DNA of 29,500 nt from Candidatus Thorarchaeota archaeon (GTDB taxonomy: Archaea; Asgardarchaeota; Thorarchaeia; Thorarchaeales; Thorarchaeaceae): contig JAWAQK010000018.1 of assembly GCA_038893995.1 (NCBI GenBank), positions 10,823 to 40,322 on the forward strand. Reading direction: 5' to 3'. The position numbers and the translations under genes were made by a program. The stretch's first letter is position 1; every line of letters begins with the position of its first letter. Shown piece after piece: positions 18,731 to 27,424 of the stretch. Below the pieces are notes generated by a model. That model searched no databases. It worked only from the letters and a program-made list of their open reading frames with translations, and was not told where the DNA came from.

Positions 18731-18872
18731 GGGCGGGTGATCTAGCGGTTAACGTGGCGTCAGTACAATGCTGATGTCCGGGCCGAGTGATGCCGCCTTC
18801 ACACGGCGGATGTCAGGGGTTCGAATGGGCCCGGGATTTCCCCGGGTACAGAATGTCCCCTCCTGCCCACCA
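18731..18872 (+). tRNA. tRNA-Val(CAC) with two non-canonical introns (18752-18787 and 18826-18855) and encoded CCA
   Basis: Exons 18731-18751, 18788-18825 and 18856-18872 join to GGGCGGG TG ATCT AGCGGTTA TGAT G CCGCC TTCACAC GGCGG ATGTC AGGGG TTCGAAT CCCCT CCTGCCC A CCA (76 nt). Acceptor, anticodon and T stems pair fully and the D stem has 3 bp. Anticodon CAC at 18800-18802. Confidence 0.93.
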
Positions 18873-18956
18873 CTGTATGATTCGTCTGCCATGCTCATGA
18901 TCGCTTTAGATCGTCCCCGTCTTGAGATCACACTACATAACCGAAGGGTCAGACAA

Positions 18957-19172
18957 ATGCCAAGACAGATCACTGATGTCGAGAAGTTCATCAAGATGAG
19001 TGAGAGCGCAAAGGAATGTCGCGTCAAGAGAGGCAGCAATGATGTCAAGCTCAAATTGAGGACGGAAAAGTACCTCTACACAATTGTGCTTGCCCCTCAA
19101 GAGGCCGAGTCTGTGATCCAGCGGGTTAAGTGCAGCATAGTAGAGGCAAGGAAGTCTCCGGAAACGAGCTAG
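18957..19172 (+). CDS. rpl38e: 50S ribosomal protein L38e
   Basis: MPRQITDVEKFI..CRVKR..VKLKLRTEKYLYTIV matches the eL38 pattern. The real start is ATG 18957; the ORF-track extension runs through the tRNA. Confidence 0.9.
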   Translation: MPRQITDVEKFIKMSESAKECRVKRGSNDVKLKLRTEKYLYTIVLAPQEAESVIQRVKCSIVEARKSPETS

Positions 19173-20434
19173 ACCTCGACGGACTCATTTCTCTCCGGGA
19201 TGTATGCCATCTTACCCTTACTCTTCAGTTCTTGAGCTAACGCCTCGCATGAGTCTGACTCAGCATGTACGATGTAGAACGTCGGATTACCCGTCTGACT
19301 CAAGAGCATGTCCATTAGTCCGCGAGAGTCCGAATGACTGCTCAAGTGGTGGAGGCAGACGTCAGCCGACACATTGTACGTTCTGTTGGCAACAGTCACT
19401 CGCCTGTGGGCAAGTAGCTCCGCTCCTGGGGTTCCGGGAACTTGGAAGCTGACCATAACCAGAGCATGTCTACTGTCACCATGCATCATCTTGAAATACG
19501 AGAAGGAAGCGCCACCCTTCAGCATTCCTGCTGGCGATACTATTATACTTCCTCCCCTTATGGCATCAATGCGGTCCTGGTCAGTGCTGATCACCCTGAC
19601 TTGCCGGACCGCTTGTTCAAACTCCTGTGGTGCGCGAAGGCTCTCGGGATGGTGCAGGAGAATCTCATTTGCGTGTCGTGCCATCCCATCGACGTACACG
19701 GGGTACTTGGACATGATCCCATGTTTGGCGAGTACACATAGTATCTCCTGGCTTCTACCCACAGCAAATGCGGGTATTAGAACTGACCCTCCGCGTTGCA
19801 TTGTTTCCACTACTGTGCGCAACAGGCCTTGTTCGATCTCATCTCTAGCTGGGTATCTCTGCCTTGCATAGGTGGCCTCTGTGACCACATAGTCATGAGA
19901 AGGCAGGTCTCTACTGGCTGCCTGGCTGAGGCGTGTTTCAATTGTATTGAAGTCGCCCGTAAACAGGATCCTCTTTCCGTTGTATTTCACAGACACCATT
20001 GCACTGCCCGGGATATGTCCCGCATTGAACAGTGTTACCTCGAACTTCCTTCCTAGGGAAACTGTCTCTCCATACCTGAGGAACTGACATTGCGTCCTGA
20101 CACGTGAGATGTCCTCCCTATCGAATGGCAGCCGTCCACCTGACAGTGAGAACATGTCCTCTATGAGGAGCGACGACAGATCCGAGGTGGCGGGGGTGCA
20201 GAAGAGGGATAGGTCCTCGTCATTCAAGAGTAGGGGAATTGCCCCTGAGTGGTCAAGATGAGCATGAGTGAGTACCACTCCCTGCAGGTCATCCGTGTCC
20301 AGTCTTGCTGGAAACAACGGATTGTCTTGGAACTTGACTCCATAGTCCACCAGTAGACTCTCTCCATCTACAGTCAGGAGAAACCCGGATCTGCCAATCT
20401 CTCTACAAGACCCTAGAAATGTTAGTTCTGCCAT
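19169..20434 (-). CDS. MBL-fold beta-CASP ribonuclease (aCPSF2-like, no KH domains)
   Basis: LGSCREIGRS, THAHLDHSG, AGHIPG, FTGD, TEATY, PAFAVGRSQE, SSHSD and VHAE motifs. Confidence 0.9.
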   Translation of the reverse strand: MAELTFLGSCREIGRSGFLLTVDGESLLVDYGVKFQDNPLFPARLDTDDLQGVVLTHAHLDHSGAIPLLLNDEDLSLFCTPATSDLSSLLIEDMFSLSGGRLPFDREDISRVRTQCQFLRYGETVSLGRKFEVTLFNAGHIPGSAMVSVKYNGKRILFTGDFNTIETRLSQAASRDLPSHDYVVTEATYARQRYPARDEIEQGLLRTVVETMQRGGSVLIPAFAVGRSQEILCVLAKHGIMSKYPVYVDGMARHANEILLHHPESLRAPQEFEQAVRQVRVISTDQDRIDAIRGGSIIVSPAGMLKGGASFSYFKMMHGDSRHALVMVSFQVPGTPGAELLAHRRVTVANRTYNVSADVCLHHLSSHSDSRGLMDMLLSQTGNPTFYIVHAESDSCEALAQELKSKGKMAYIPERNESVEV

Positions 20435-20537
20435 CTCTTGTCATAACCACAGGCGACGGCCGCCGCATGAGAGAAAAGGTTTGTGAACTGGCCAAACAAC
20501 TGTTGGTCGTGTGTTCTCTGGATGCATCGCTCTCCAC

Positions 20538-21764
20538 CTAATGCGACTGAATTGCTCTAGGCCGCTCCAGAGCACCTGATGCCAGAACACTAGAGAGCGG
20601 CTCATCGTAGACATACTCCTTGTCAGTGCGCCACTCGCCATCTCCGGCGTAGTTCTCACAGTAGAAGTAGTACGTGCGTGCGGAATCGAGCTGGAGCTGG
20701 AACGATCCGGTGTATCTCGTATGTTCCCAGAAGAACTCAGAGAACTCGGCCGCGAGCGAAGGTGGGGTTGTGATGTACACAATATACTCGCTACCATCAC
20801 TGACACACTTGCAGTCGAATGGTATCGTGCCCGAGCCTATGAACCCCATGAGGTTGCCGAGCGTGAGATCTGAGCCCTCTCGGATTCTACCTGCGATTAT
20901 CTGAGTATAGGTCAGGTCAAAGAGCCCCCGATTGAAGTACAGCATGTCCTGCGGAGCGACAAGCTCTCGAAGTTTCTTGAGCCGACGTGAGATGTTTGTT
21001 GGGTCCCTCTTGTAGATCGTTGCCAGATCCCTCACGGAAGGTTTCGCGTTGACCGTCAGTTCTCTTAGCAGTAACATATCGAGACGATCAAATCCAAACG
21101 CAGGATGTGGGTAAACCGGCGTGAGGTCATCATTCTCGTGAGTTTCCATGTACTTATTCCAGAGTGTTTCGATAATGCTCGCTGGCCCCCCGACTGAGGC
21201 CTTCGACACCTCGAGATTCCAGACATTCTCGTTGATGTTCCAGCGAGTGAAATCAGCATGTACTCCCTTGACATAGTTCGTGAAGAACTGGCTTGACTTT
21301 CGTGCCAATCCCATTCTCACGAGTTCGTCGTAGAACTCACACATGGTCTTCTCGATTGAAGGCGGAATGTCAAACTGGGCATAGAGGGTAGCACCCTTGG
21401 AGTAGGCCAGTGCCCTGTAATGAGAATACGGATGCACATCACAGATGTGCTTCAACATATCCAGTGAACGCCTGTCCGGTATGTCCTCAAAGAGCACGTG
21501 GTGTCGACGAAGTCCAAGCCTGCTTGGAGCATAGACTGCCTCGACCTCTGTCTGTGTACGAGTCCCGAGTATGACCTCGTTGATCAGCCTGGTAGGCCTG
21601 AGGAATCTCTGTTTCCTCAGGTTATTGAGTCTCTGTCTCACGGACTCTGTTGAGATTCCGATCTCTCTGGCGATCGAACTATTGCTCTGCAGAGGGTTTC
21701 GATGCAGACTGAGGAATATCCTATAGTCTGTGGAGTCGAATCTCCACTGTCTCTTTGTGCCCAT
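20538..21764 (-). CDS. Lrp/AsnC-like regulator with two winged-helix modules
   Basis: DSTDYRIFLSLHRNPLQSNSSIAREIGISTESVRQRLNNL and DRLDMLLLRELTVNAKPSVRDLA..TNISRRLKKL. Confidence 0.75.
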   Translation of the reverse strand: MGTKRQWRFDSTDYRIFLSLHRNPLQSNSSIAREIGISTESVRQRLNNLRKQRFLRPTRLINEVILGTRTQTEVEAVYAPSRLGLRRHHVLFEDIPDRRSLDMLKHICDVHPYSHYRALAYSKGATLYAQFDIPPSIEKTMCEFYDELVRMGLARKSSQFFTNYVKGVHADFTRWNINENVWNLEVSKASVGGPASIIETLWNKYMETHENDDLTPVYPHPAFGFDRLDMLLLRELTVNAKPSVRDLATIYKRDPTNISRRLKKLRELVAPQDMLYFNRGLFDLTYTQIIAGRIREGSDLTLGNLMGFIGSGTIPFDCKCVSDGSEYIVYITTPPSLAAEFSEFFWEHTRYTGSFQLQLDSARTYYFYCENYAGDGEWRTDKEYVYDEPLSSVLASGALERPRAIQSH

Positions 21765-21810
21765 GTGTTCACAGTACTCCTCTGAGTCCTCATGGTGTTC
21801 GGCTGTTCAC

Positions 21811-22329
21811 TCAGAACACCCCGAATGTTGGCTCACCGCCGTCACTGCCTCCGGGTGGATCAAACATGTATGTTGCGGTGTTGTACGCGATGCCCGGCCA
21901 TGTCAGATACGCAATCACGTTCACTGTGTAATACCCTGGTTCAGTGACGTGGTTGTAGAAGACATGATTGATTTCTACTGTGTTGGCCCAGGCCCTCACG
22001 TATATCAGGTATACGTAAGTTGTACCAGAGGGGAGCATGAACGTTATCCAATAGTAGAACGTGTTGTATGCAACAATCATTGGGTTATTGATGTTGAATC
22101 TCACTAGAACATATGCGTCGTCCGTGTAGGAGTCGAGATCGAAGTCCCCATAGCATGCACTGACTACTGTCACTTTGATATCAGAAACGCCGTCCATTGA
22201 CGCAGCGCTTGCTGGAAGTGACGCACCGAGCAGCACCACCGCAGATATCATGATGAGTATCGATCGTCTGATGAGGCGCTGAGGACTCAACGGGCACCGA
22301 AATTGAGTACGGCTCTTTGTCCCCGACAC
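21811..22329 (-). CDS. Secreted hypothetical protein
   Basis: Signal-peptide-like RRSILIMISAVVLLGASLPASAA and a beta-rich aromatic body. A TATA-like element 22-31 nt above the GTG start is compatible with a leaderless transcript. Confidence 0.75.
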   Translation of the reverse strand: MSGTKSRTQFRCPLSPQRLIRRSILIMISAVVLLGASLPASAASMDGVSDIKVTVVSACYGDFDLDSYTDDAYVLVRFNINNPMIVAYNTFYYWITFMLPSGTTYVYLIYVRAWANTVEINHVFYNHVTEPGYYTVNVIAYLTWPGIAYNTATYMFDPPGGSDGGEPTFGVF

Positions 22330-22350
22330 AACTCATGCATACATTGCCAG

Positions 22351-22407
22351 ATATATTTATCATTTTTGGAAGAAATTGCGCGCACGACTGCACACAACGT
22401 ATAAATA
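22351..22407. promoter_or_regulatory. Back-to-back TATA boxes of the divergent secreted-protein and protease genes
   Basis: Minus strand ATAAATATAT at 22351-22360, preceded by an A-rich BRE-like run. Plus strand TATAAATA at 22400-22407. Confidence 0.55.
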
Positions 22408-22490
22408 CCCGGTTGCAATAACTGCATGACAATTGCCAGCCCACGTGGCATGGCAAGGACTTCCTCCAATTGGTCACTCCGGTGATATGG

Positions 22491-24323
22491 ATGAGAAACA
22501 GAGAGAAAACACTTGTCTTTGCGGGTTTCTTCACGCTCCTCTTTCTCCTTGGAACGATACCCATGGGCAACGTGACATACAGCGGTGGTCCCGAAAACAC
22601 CATTGATGTCATCATCATGTTCAAGGACGGAGTCGACGTAAACATCAGAGGAGCCGAGATCCTGCGTCAGTATACTTCCCTGAACGGCATAGCTGCAAGG
22701 ATCCCAGTAGGAATATACGAGTTCCTGAAGAGTGCTTGGTTCGTCAGCGCGATACAGCCTGACGTGGAGATGCACATACTTGAGGACACACTCGACTGGG
22801 GCGTTGACGATGTCGACGCAGAGGTGGTCTGGGGTGGTTCTGAGAACGCCGTCAACGTGCTGCCCGGACGCATATCTGGAAATGGCGTCAAGGTGGCAAT
22901 ATTGGACACAGGCATTGACTATACTCATCCGGACCTCAGCGCCAACTACAAGGGCGGTTACGACTTTGTGAGCAACGACAACGATCCGAAAGATGGCCAC
23001 GGACATGGCACACACTGTGCCGGCATTGTTGCGGCTGCGGACAATGGGCAGGGTGTCATTGGTGTCGCGCCTAAGGCTTCCATATATGCAGTGCGAGTAC
23101 TGAACGACCAGGGCTCCGGATCTACCAGCGGGATAATCGCTGGAATTGACTGGGCCGTCAACAACGGGATGGACATCATCTCGATGAGCCTCGGTGGTGG
23201 AAGCTATGACTCGGCTTTCAATGAGGCCATCAACCGTGCCTATAACGCCGGGATAGTCGTAGTCGCTGCATCAGGCAATGACGGTAAGGGCACAATCTCC
23301 TATCCTGCAAAGTACCAGAATGCAATAGCTGTGGGTGCAACTGATAGTAATCGAAACCTTGCATCGTTTAGCAACTATGGTGCTGAGCAGGAAGTCGTTG
23401 CGCCTGGAGTCAATATCTATAGCACTACTCCTACCTATACTGTCACCATAAACTACTACGGCTACAGTAAGAACTATGCCACCATGTCCGGAACATCAAT
23501 GGCCACTCCAATGGTCGCGGGCATGGTCGCACTGATCCTCGAGAAGAACCCGAACCTCACACCTCCGGAGGTGCGAAACATTCTCCACACGACCTCTATA
23601 GATCTGGGCGCGCCAGGTTGGGACCAGTATTTCGGATATGGACTGATCAATGCACCGGCAGCAGTAGAGGCTGCTGGCGGGGGAACGCCCACTGACAACC
23701 CTCCGACCTGCACAATAGTCTCGCCGACTAACGGTGCCACGGTCTCAGGAACGAAGCGGGTCTTGATTTCTGCAACTGACGACCATGGCATATCCAAGGT
23801 CGAGGTCAGGATCGACTCTGGAACATGGGTTGATGTCACAGCGAACTTTGACGGAACAAACTACTTCTACGACTGGGCCACTACGCAGTATTCGGATGGT
23901 CCCCACACTGTGAGTGCCAGAGCAACGGACACAGCGTCCCAGACGAGTACCAGTAGCGTATCAGTGACTGTGAGCAATGGCGGCGGTTCGCCCACGACAA
24001 TGCACGTTGCAGCAATTGACATGTGGTACGTCGCGAGAACGATCTTCTTCTTCTTCAAGGTCTATGATGTCTACACCAAGATCACTGTACATGATGGCAA
24101 CGGCGTTGCGCTCGGCGGCGTGACTGTCTATCTTGACATGACCCTCCCCAGTGGAAGTCATGCTACCGGCAGTGGAACGACCGGTTCTGATGGAACTGTG
24201 ACCATTGTCTACAAGAACGGTGGTCGAGGTACCTACACATCTACTGTGACGAACCTGGTCAAGACCGACTACACCTATGTCCCCTCGGACAATATCGTGA
24301 CATCCAAGACCATAACAGTCTGA
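22491..24323 (+). CDS. Secreted S8 subtilisin-like protease with I9-type propeptide and two C-terminal beta-sandwich domains
   Basis: Triad in [16 protein letters not shown] and SGTSMATP, oxyanion Asn in AASGND. N-terminal hydrophobic segment. Ig-like [32 protein letters not shown] 22491 follows a GGTGA RBS. Confidence 0.95.
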   Translation: MRNREKTLVFAGFFTLLFLLGTIPMGNVTYSGGPENTIDVIIMFKDGVDVNIRGAEILRQYTSLNGIAARIPVGIYEFLKSAWFVSAIQPDVEMHILEDTLDWGVDDVDAEVVWGGSENAVNVLPGRISGNGVKVAILDTGIDYTHPDLSANYKGGYDFVSNDNDPKDGHGHGTHCAGIVAAADNGQGVIGVAPKASIYAVRVLNDQGSGSTSGIIAGIDWAVNNGMDIISMSLGGGSYDSAFNEAINRAYNAGIVVVAASGNDGKGTISYPAKYQNAIAVGATDSNRNLASFSNYGAEQEVVAPGVNIYSTTPTYTVTINYYGYSKNYATMSGTSMATPMVAGMVALILEKNPNLTPPEVRNILHTTSIDLGAPGWDQYFGYGLINAPAAVEAAGGGTPTDNPPTCTIVSPTNGATVSGTKRVLISATDDHGISKVEVRIDSGTWVDVTANFDGTNYFYDWATTQYSDGPHTVSARATDTASQTSTSSVSVTVSNGGGSPTTMHVAAIDMWYVARTIFFFFKVYDVYTKITVHDGNGVALGGVTVYLDMTLPSGSHATGSGTTGSDGTVTIVYKNGGRGTYTSTVTNLVKTDYTYVPSDNIVTSKTITV

Positions 24324-24335
24324 ACACATCTCCCC

Positions 24336-24374
24336 GGGGAAGCGTCTGCTTAGCGGACGGTTCCCCCTCTTTCT
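24336..24374 (+). terminator. Hairpin plus pyrimidine tract after the protease gene
   Basis: GGGGAA-G-CGTCTGC TTA GCGGACG-G-TTCCCC followed by CTCTTTCT, 12 nt past the stop codon. Confidence 0.6.
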
Positions 24375-24446
24375 ATTGACTGCCCATCAGCGCGACTGAG
24401 ACAGTACTCTATCCAGTCCCGAGAAACTCCTCGGCAACCTTACATT

Positions 24447-24531
24447 CTCACCGATGAGCTATCATGGACGGTCTCTCGCCTGCGGGACCATACGTCTTTC
24501 AGTATGGATCCCCCATGATTGCTGAGGTGAG
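24447..24531. ncRNA. Candidate structured RNA of unknown class
   Basis: Nested pairings CTCACC/GGTGAG, AGC/GCT, ATCATGG/CCATGAT, GGGA/TCCC and CCATAC/GTATGG in a non-coding gap. Confidence 0.3.
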
Positions 24532-24639
24532 CTGTCGTTCTTAGTGGTCAATGTGTCCTCGGCTACATCATCACGTGGCCGAAACCAATATTAGTTGGGT
24601 GTTAAGAGTTGACCTCGAATACCTTCAACAGAGCAGGGA

Positions 24640-24957
24640 GTGACAAGGGTGACGGAGGAGAACACAGAGAAGACCTCCAACAACAAGCATCATGAGTCAG
24701 CAATCCTCGTGGGCTCGAAGAACGTAATGTCTTATGTCCTGGCCTGTAAGACCCTCTTTGACAAGGGGAAGAATGAAGTTGTCATAAGGGCGAGGGGCCG
24801 TCTGATAAGTAGGGCGGTCGATGTGGCAGAGATCACAAGGCGAAGATTCATGCCCGACCTGAAGGTCAAAGAGATCCTCATTGGTACGAGTACAGTCCAG
24901 ACAGACAAGGGAAGCGAACTCAACGTTTCAACGATAGACATAGTCCTATCAAGATAG
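24640..24957 (+). CDS. albA: DNA/RNA-binding protein Alba
   Basis: [32 protein letters not shown] and NVSTIDIVL. Start is GTG 24640 or 24649. Confidence 0.95.
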   Translation: MTRVTEENTEKTSNNKHHESAILVGSKNVMSYVLACKTLFDKGKNEVVIRARGRLISRAVDVAEITRRRFMPDLKVKEILIGTSTVQTDKGSELNVSTIDIVLSR

Positions 24958-25024
24958 CCCTATCACAACTTTGATATGATTCAGGCCTACCCCTGCTACT
25001 GGTTGCAGGAACCGTCAGCGGGGA

Positions 25025-25615
25025 ATGGCCGTGAAGCTGCCCGTATGCATCTTTGATCTTGAGTCGGACATGTTGTGTCCGAGCTGTCAGAGCAGACTAG
25101 ACAATCGACAGATCGCCGAATTCGACATCGAGTTCAGCAGATGGATGCTTGACCGTAGCTCTAGGTATGCAGGCCTAGAATCTCTCATCTTGGCGAGGGC
25201 TATCCGGCTAGATCAGCGTATCGTACTGGTCGTAAAGAAACATGGAAAGGAACTACTTGAGTCTGCTGACGGCCTGCTCGAGGAGATCCGTCACTACTTT
25301 GGTGAGCCCATTATCTTTGAGATCCCCATCACACTGAGGAGCCTCGTGAGGCAGATGGTCCATCCCGCAACAGAAATAGGATTCAACACACTCTATCTGC
25401 CTGATGGGACAAGAGAAACCAAAGTCGTCCTGAGGAGCGAGGACCAGCCAAGGATAGTGTACTCCCTGTCTGAGATGAAGGTGATTGCATCGAGTATCAT
25501 GGGAGAGCCAGTACTGTTCGAATATCAGTCAGCCAACAGCAGGTCTCACGCGGTGTCCCAGTCGGACAATCTTATGGACCTGAAAATGAGAGAGTTGATG
25601 ACAGGACGGAGGTAG
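25025..25615 (+). CDS. Archaeal NusA-like protein with N-terminal Cys cluster and degenerate KH-type domains
   Basis: KLPVCIFDLESDMLCPSCQSRL N-terminus and VHPATEIGFNTLYLPDG motif resemble the archaeal NusA paralog family. Lies next to alba. Confidence 0.65.
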   Translation: MAVKLPVCIFDLESDMLCPSCQSRLDNRQIAEFDIEFSRWMLDRSSRYAGLESLILARAIRLDQRIVLVVKKHGKELLESADGLLEEIRHYFGEPIIFEIPITLRSLVRQMVHPATEIGFNTLYLPDGTRETKVVLRSEDQPRIVYSLSEMKVIASSIMGEPVLFEYQSANSRSHAVSQSDNLMDLKMRELMTGRR

Positions 25616-25616
25616 A

Positions 25617-26969
25617 TCACGACCTGTTTATGGGATGATTCCTCATGATCTCTCTAAGCACAACAGTTGCGTATGATCCCTTTCTCAGTGCGAAGCTCAG
25701 TTTCAGCCCACATTCTTCCACGCTGACGCTTGGGCAAATTGCCCTCATAGAGACCGGATGAAGTCCTCCCGGTGAGTCCAGAGCCCTGATGCTGGGATTT
25801 CTGAAGCTTGTCAGACCGATGTCCTCTTTGCTCAGTACTCTGAGCAGCACCTCTGTCTGTCTTGATGGCGGGGTCTTGGTCGAGTATCCTGGAACAGGAG
25901 CCGCAAGTACACACTGGCCGCTCACGACCAACTCCCTGGCCTGGTCCTGCCCTCTCTCTGTGACGAATGACCATGAGTCTCGGCCCGAGTGAGTCTGATC
26001 AAGTCGAATCAAGAAGTCGCCTGGTTCTGGCTCTACGATCGACATTCCCTGCCGTGCTCTCTCACTTATGAGCCGGTTGAACAGGTACGACTGATATGCA
26101 TGTACAAACAATGTCAACACACGGGGAGGGATCTTCTTTACTGCTCCGCGGAAATCGCCAGTGCGTCGGATCAAGTGTTTCAAGACAGCACGCTCATACC
26201 ACATACCCTTGGTGAACACATTCAACATGTACTCCGTAGGGACCATGTTCGAAGCGAGTTTCATCCGGACTTCAGTCAGTTCAGGTGGTTCATGTTCACT
26301 ACATGTGGTCAGGAGCAGTCGAATAGCCTCTTCGGGGTCCCGCCTCACGAGGGCACGACCAACCAGATGTGTGTAGGGCCGTGCCACGCCAAACCTCTGT
26401 TCACCAAAGTAGTTCAGCAGTGGTGTTTCGAGAACAGTGGTTGCAGCCCTTGCTATCTCATCAGGTTGTGGTTCTGAGAATCTGATCGTGATCCTGAAGT
26501 GGTTTCCCCAGAGGTCGCCTACCTGTATCGGACGTCGTGCATATGCAAAGTCTCTGAGGATGGCACGTGGTGACCTGAAGCCGAGGAGGCCCGTCTCGTT
26601 TCCAGACGGGACTGACATGGCCTGCGTTGTCACAGCTCTCTTGTCCTTCAGTCCTGCATATGTCACCATATAGGTGGGTATCCCGAGATGTGAAGCTATG
26701 AGAGACGCCAGTTCTACAGTCGTCATTCCGATCTTCTGTGCTGTGAACCGAACATACCTGGACCGCGCACCAGCGACAGTTGCCGTCTGGTCTCGTTGTT
26801 CCACATCGCTGACATTCAAGACAGTCCCCTCTGGGGTGATCTCCTCAACTATGAAGTCATACGGCGTAGTCTTGGTCCGGCCTCCAAAACCCGATATGTC
26901 GGTGGAGTAGAGCTCTATTCCCATCTGTCGTTCGATCGGTTGGACTGTATCTGAGAACTGCTGACTCAT
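25617..26969 (-). CDS. truD: tRNA pseudouridine(13) synthase TruD/Pus7
   Basis: DFIVEEI, YAGLKDKRAVTTQ, GDLWGNHF, NYFGEQRFG, HAYQSYLFN and GSYATVVLRE. Confidence 0.96.
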   Translation of the reverse strand: MSQQFSDTVQPIERQMGIELYSTDISGFGGRTKTTPYDFIVEEITPEGTVLNVSDVEQRDQTATVAGARSRYVRFTAQKIGMTTVELASLIASHLGIPTYMVTYAGLKDKRAVTTQAMSVPSGNETGLLGFRSPRAILRDFAYARRPIQVGDLWGNHFRITIRFSEPQPDEIARAATTVLETPLLNYFGEQRFGVARPYTHLVGRALVRRDPEEAIRLLLTTCSEHEPPELTEVRMKLASNMVPTEYMLNVFTKGMWYERAVLKHLIRRTGDFRGAVKKIPPRVLTLFVHAYQSYLFNRLISERARQGMSIVEPEPGDFLIRLDQTHSGRDSWSFVTERGQDQARELVVSGQCVLAAPVPGYSTKTPPSRQTEVLLRVLSKEDIGLTSFRNPSIRALDSPGGLHPVSMRAICPSVSVEECGLKLSFALRKGSYATVVLREIMRNHPINRS

Positions 26970-27334
26970 AGTAGCTTCAACTGCCCCGTCACTTGGTCGA
27001 TCTGTTCTGATCGTGCGGGTCCCAGGCCCAGCACTGTCATTGTTCCAGGTTCCAGTTCTGTCAGTCCTGCATCCTGAATGAGAACGTGAGGTATTCTATG
27101 CAGGTCCGCCATCCGCCTCAGCTCAAGTAGCTCGTCGGCAGTCTTGACCTTCACGACCACCTTCTTTTGACCTTCACTGAGCCACTCCTTCAGTACGCCG
27201 GGGTCAGTGAGTCGTACGCGTTCAGCAGCACTTACGGCACCATGTGCAACCTGTACTGCGATTTTGCCGCGGCTCATTCCCAGATCTGTCCTGACCACTA
27301 TCACCTGCTTATACTTGAAGGTCCGCTCGACCAA
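26966..27334 (-). CDS. pth2: Peptidyl-tRNA hydrolase Pth2
   Basis: KQVIVVRTDLGMSRGKIAVQVAH, GQKKVVVK, DAGLTE and LGLGP. ATGA overlap with truD. Confidence 0.96.
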   Translation of the reverse strand: MVERTFKYKQVIVVRTDLGMSRGKIAVQVAHGAVSAAERVRLTDPGVLKEWLSEGQKKVVVKVKTADELLELRRMADLHRIPHVLIQDAGLTELEPGTMTVLGLGPARSEQIDQVTGQLKLL

Positions 27335-27424
27335 CTACCTAGACCCCCATTGGGACGGTATCACCCCCACGCTGTGCAAGAGGTAAAAAGGATGTAGGTA
27401 GGTTTCGCATCGTGGGCTACCGAC

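Noticed and set aside
18768-18956. N-terminal extension of the 134-aa ORF
   Set aside because: It overlaps the tRNA gene. L38e similarity begins at ATG 18957.
22287-23015. 242-aa minus-strand ORF
   Set aside because: Antisense shadow of the subtilase gene with no recognisable motifs.
24321-24531. Selenocysteine readthrough of the protease TGA using the ATGA../..TGAG stem as a SECIS
   Set aside because: The quartet is out of register with the helix, readthrough would add only a few residues before TAG, and a terminator-like hairpin intervenes.
24375-24600. SRP RNA, RNase P RNA or hammerhead ribozyme
   Set aside because: I could not find the SRP helix-8 motif, RNase P P4 signatures or a CUGANGA/GAAA core in the right arrangement.
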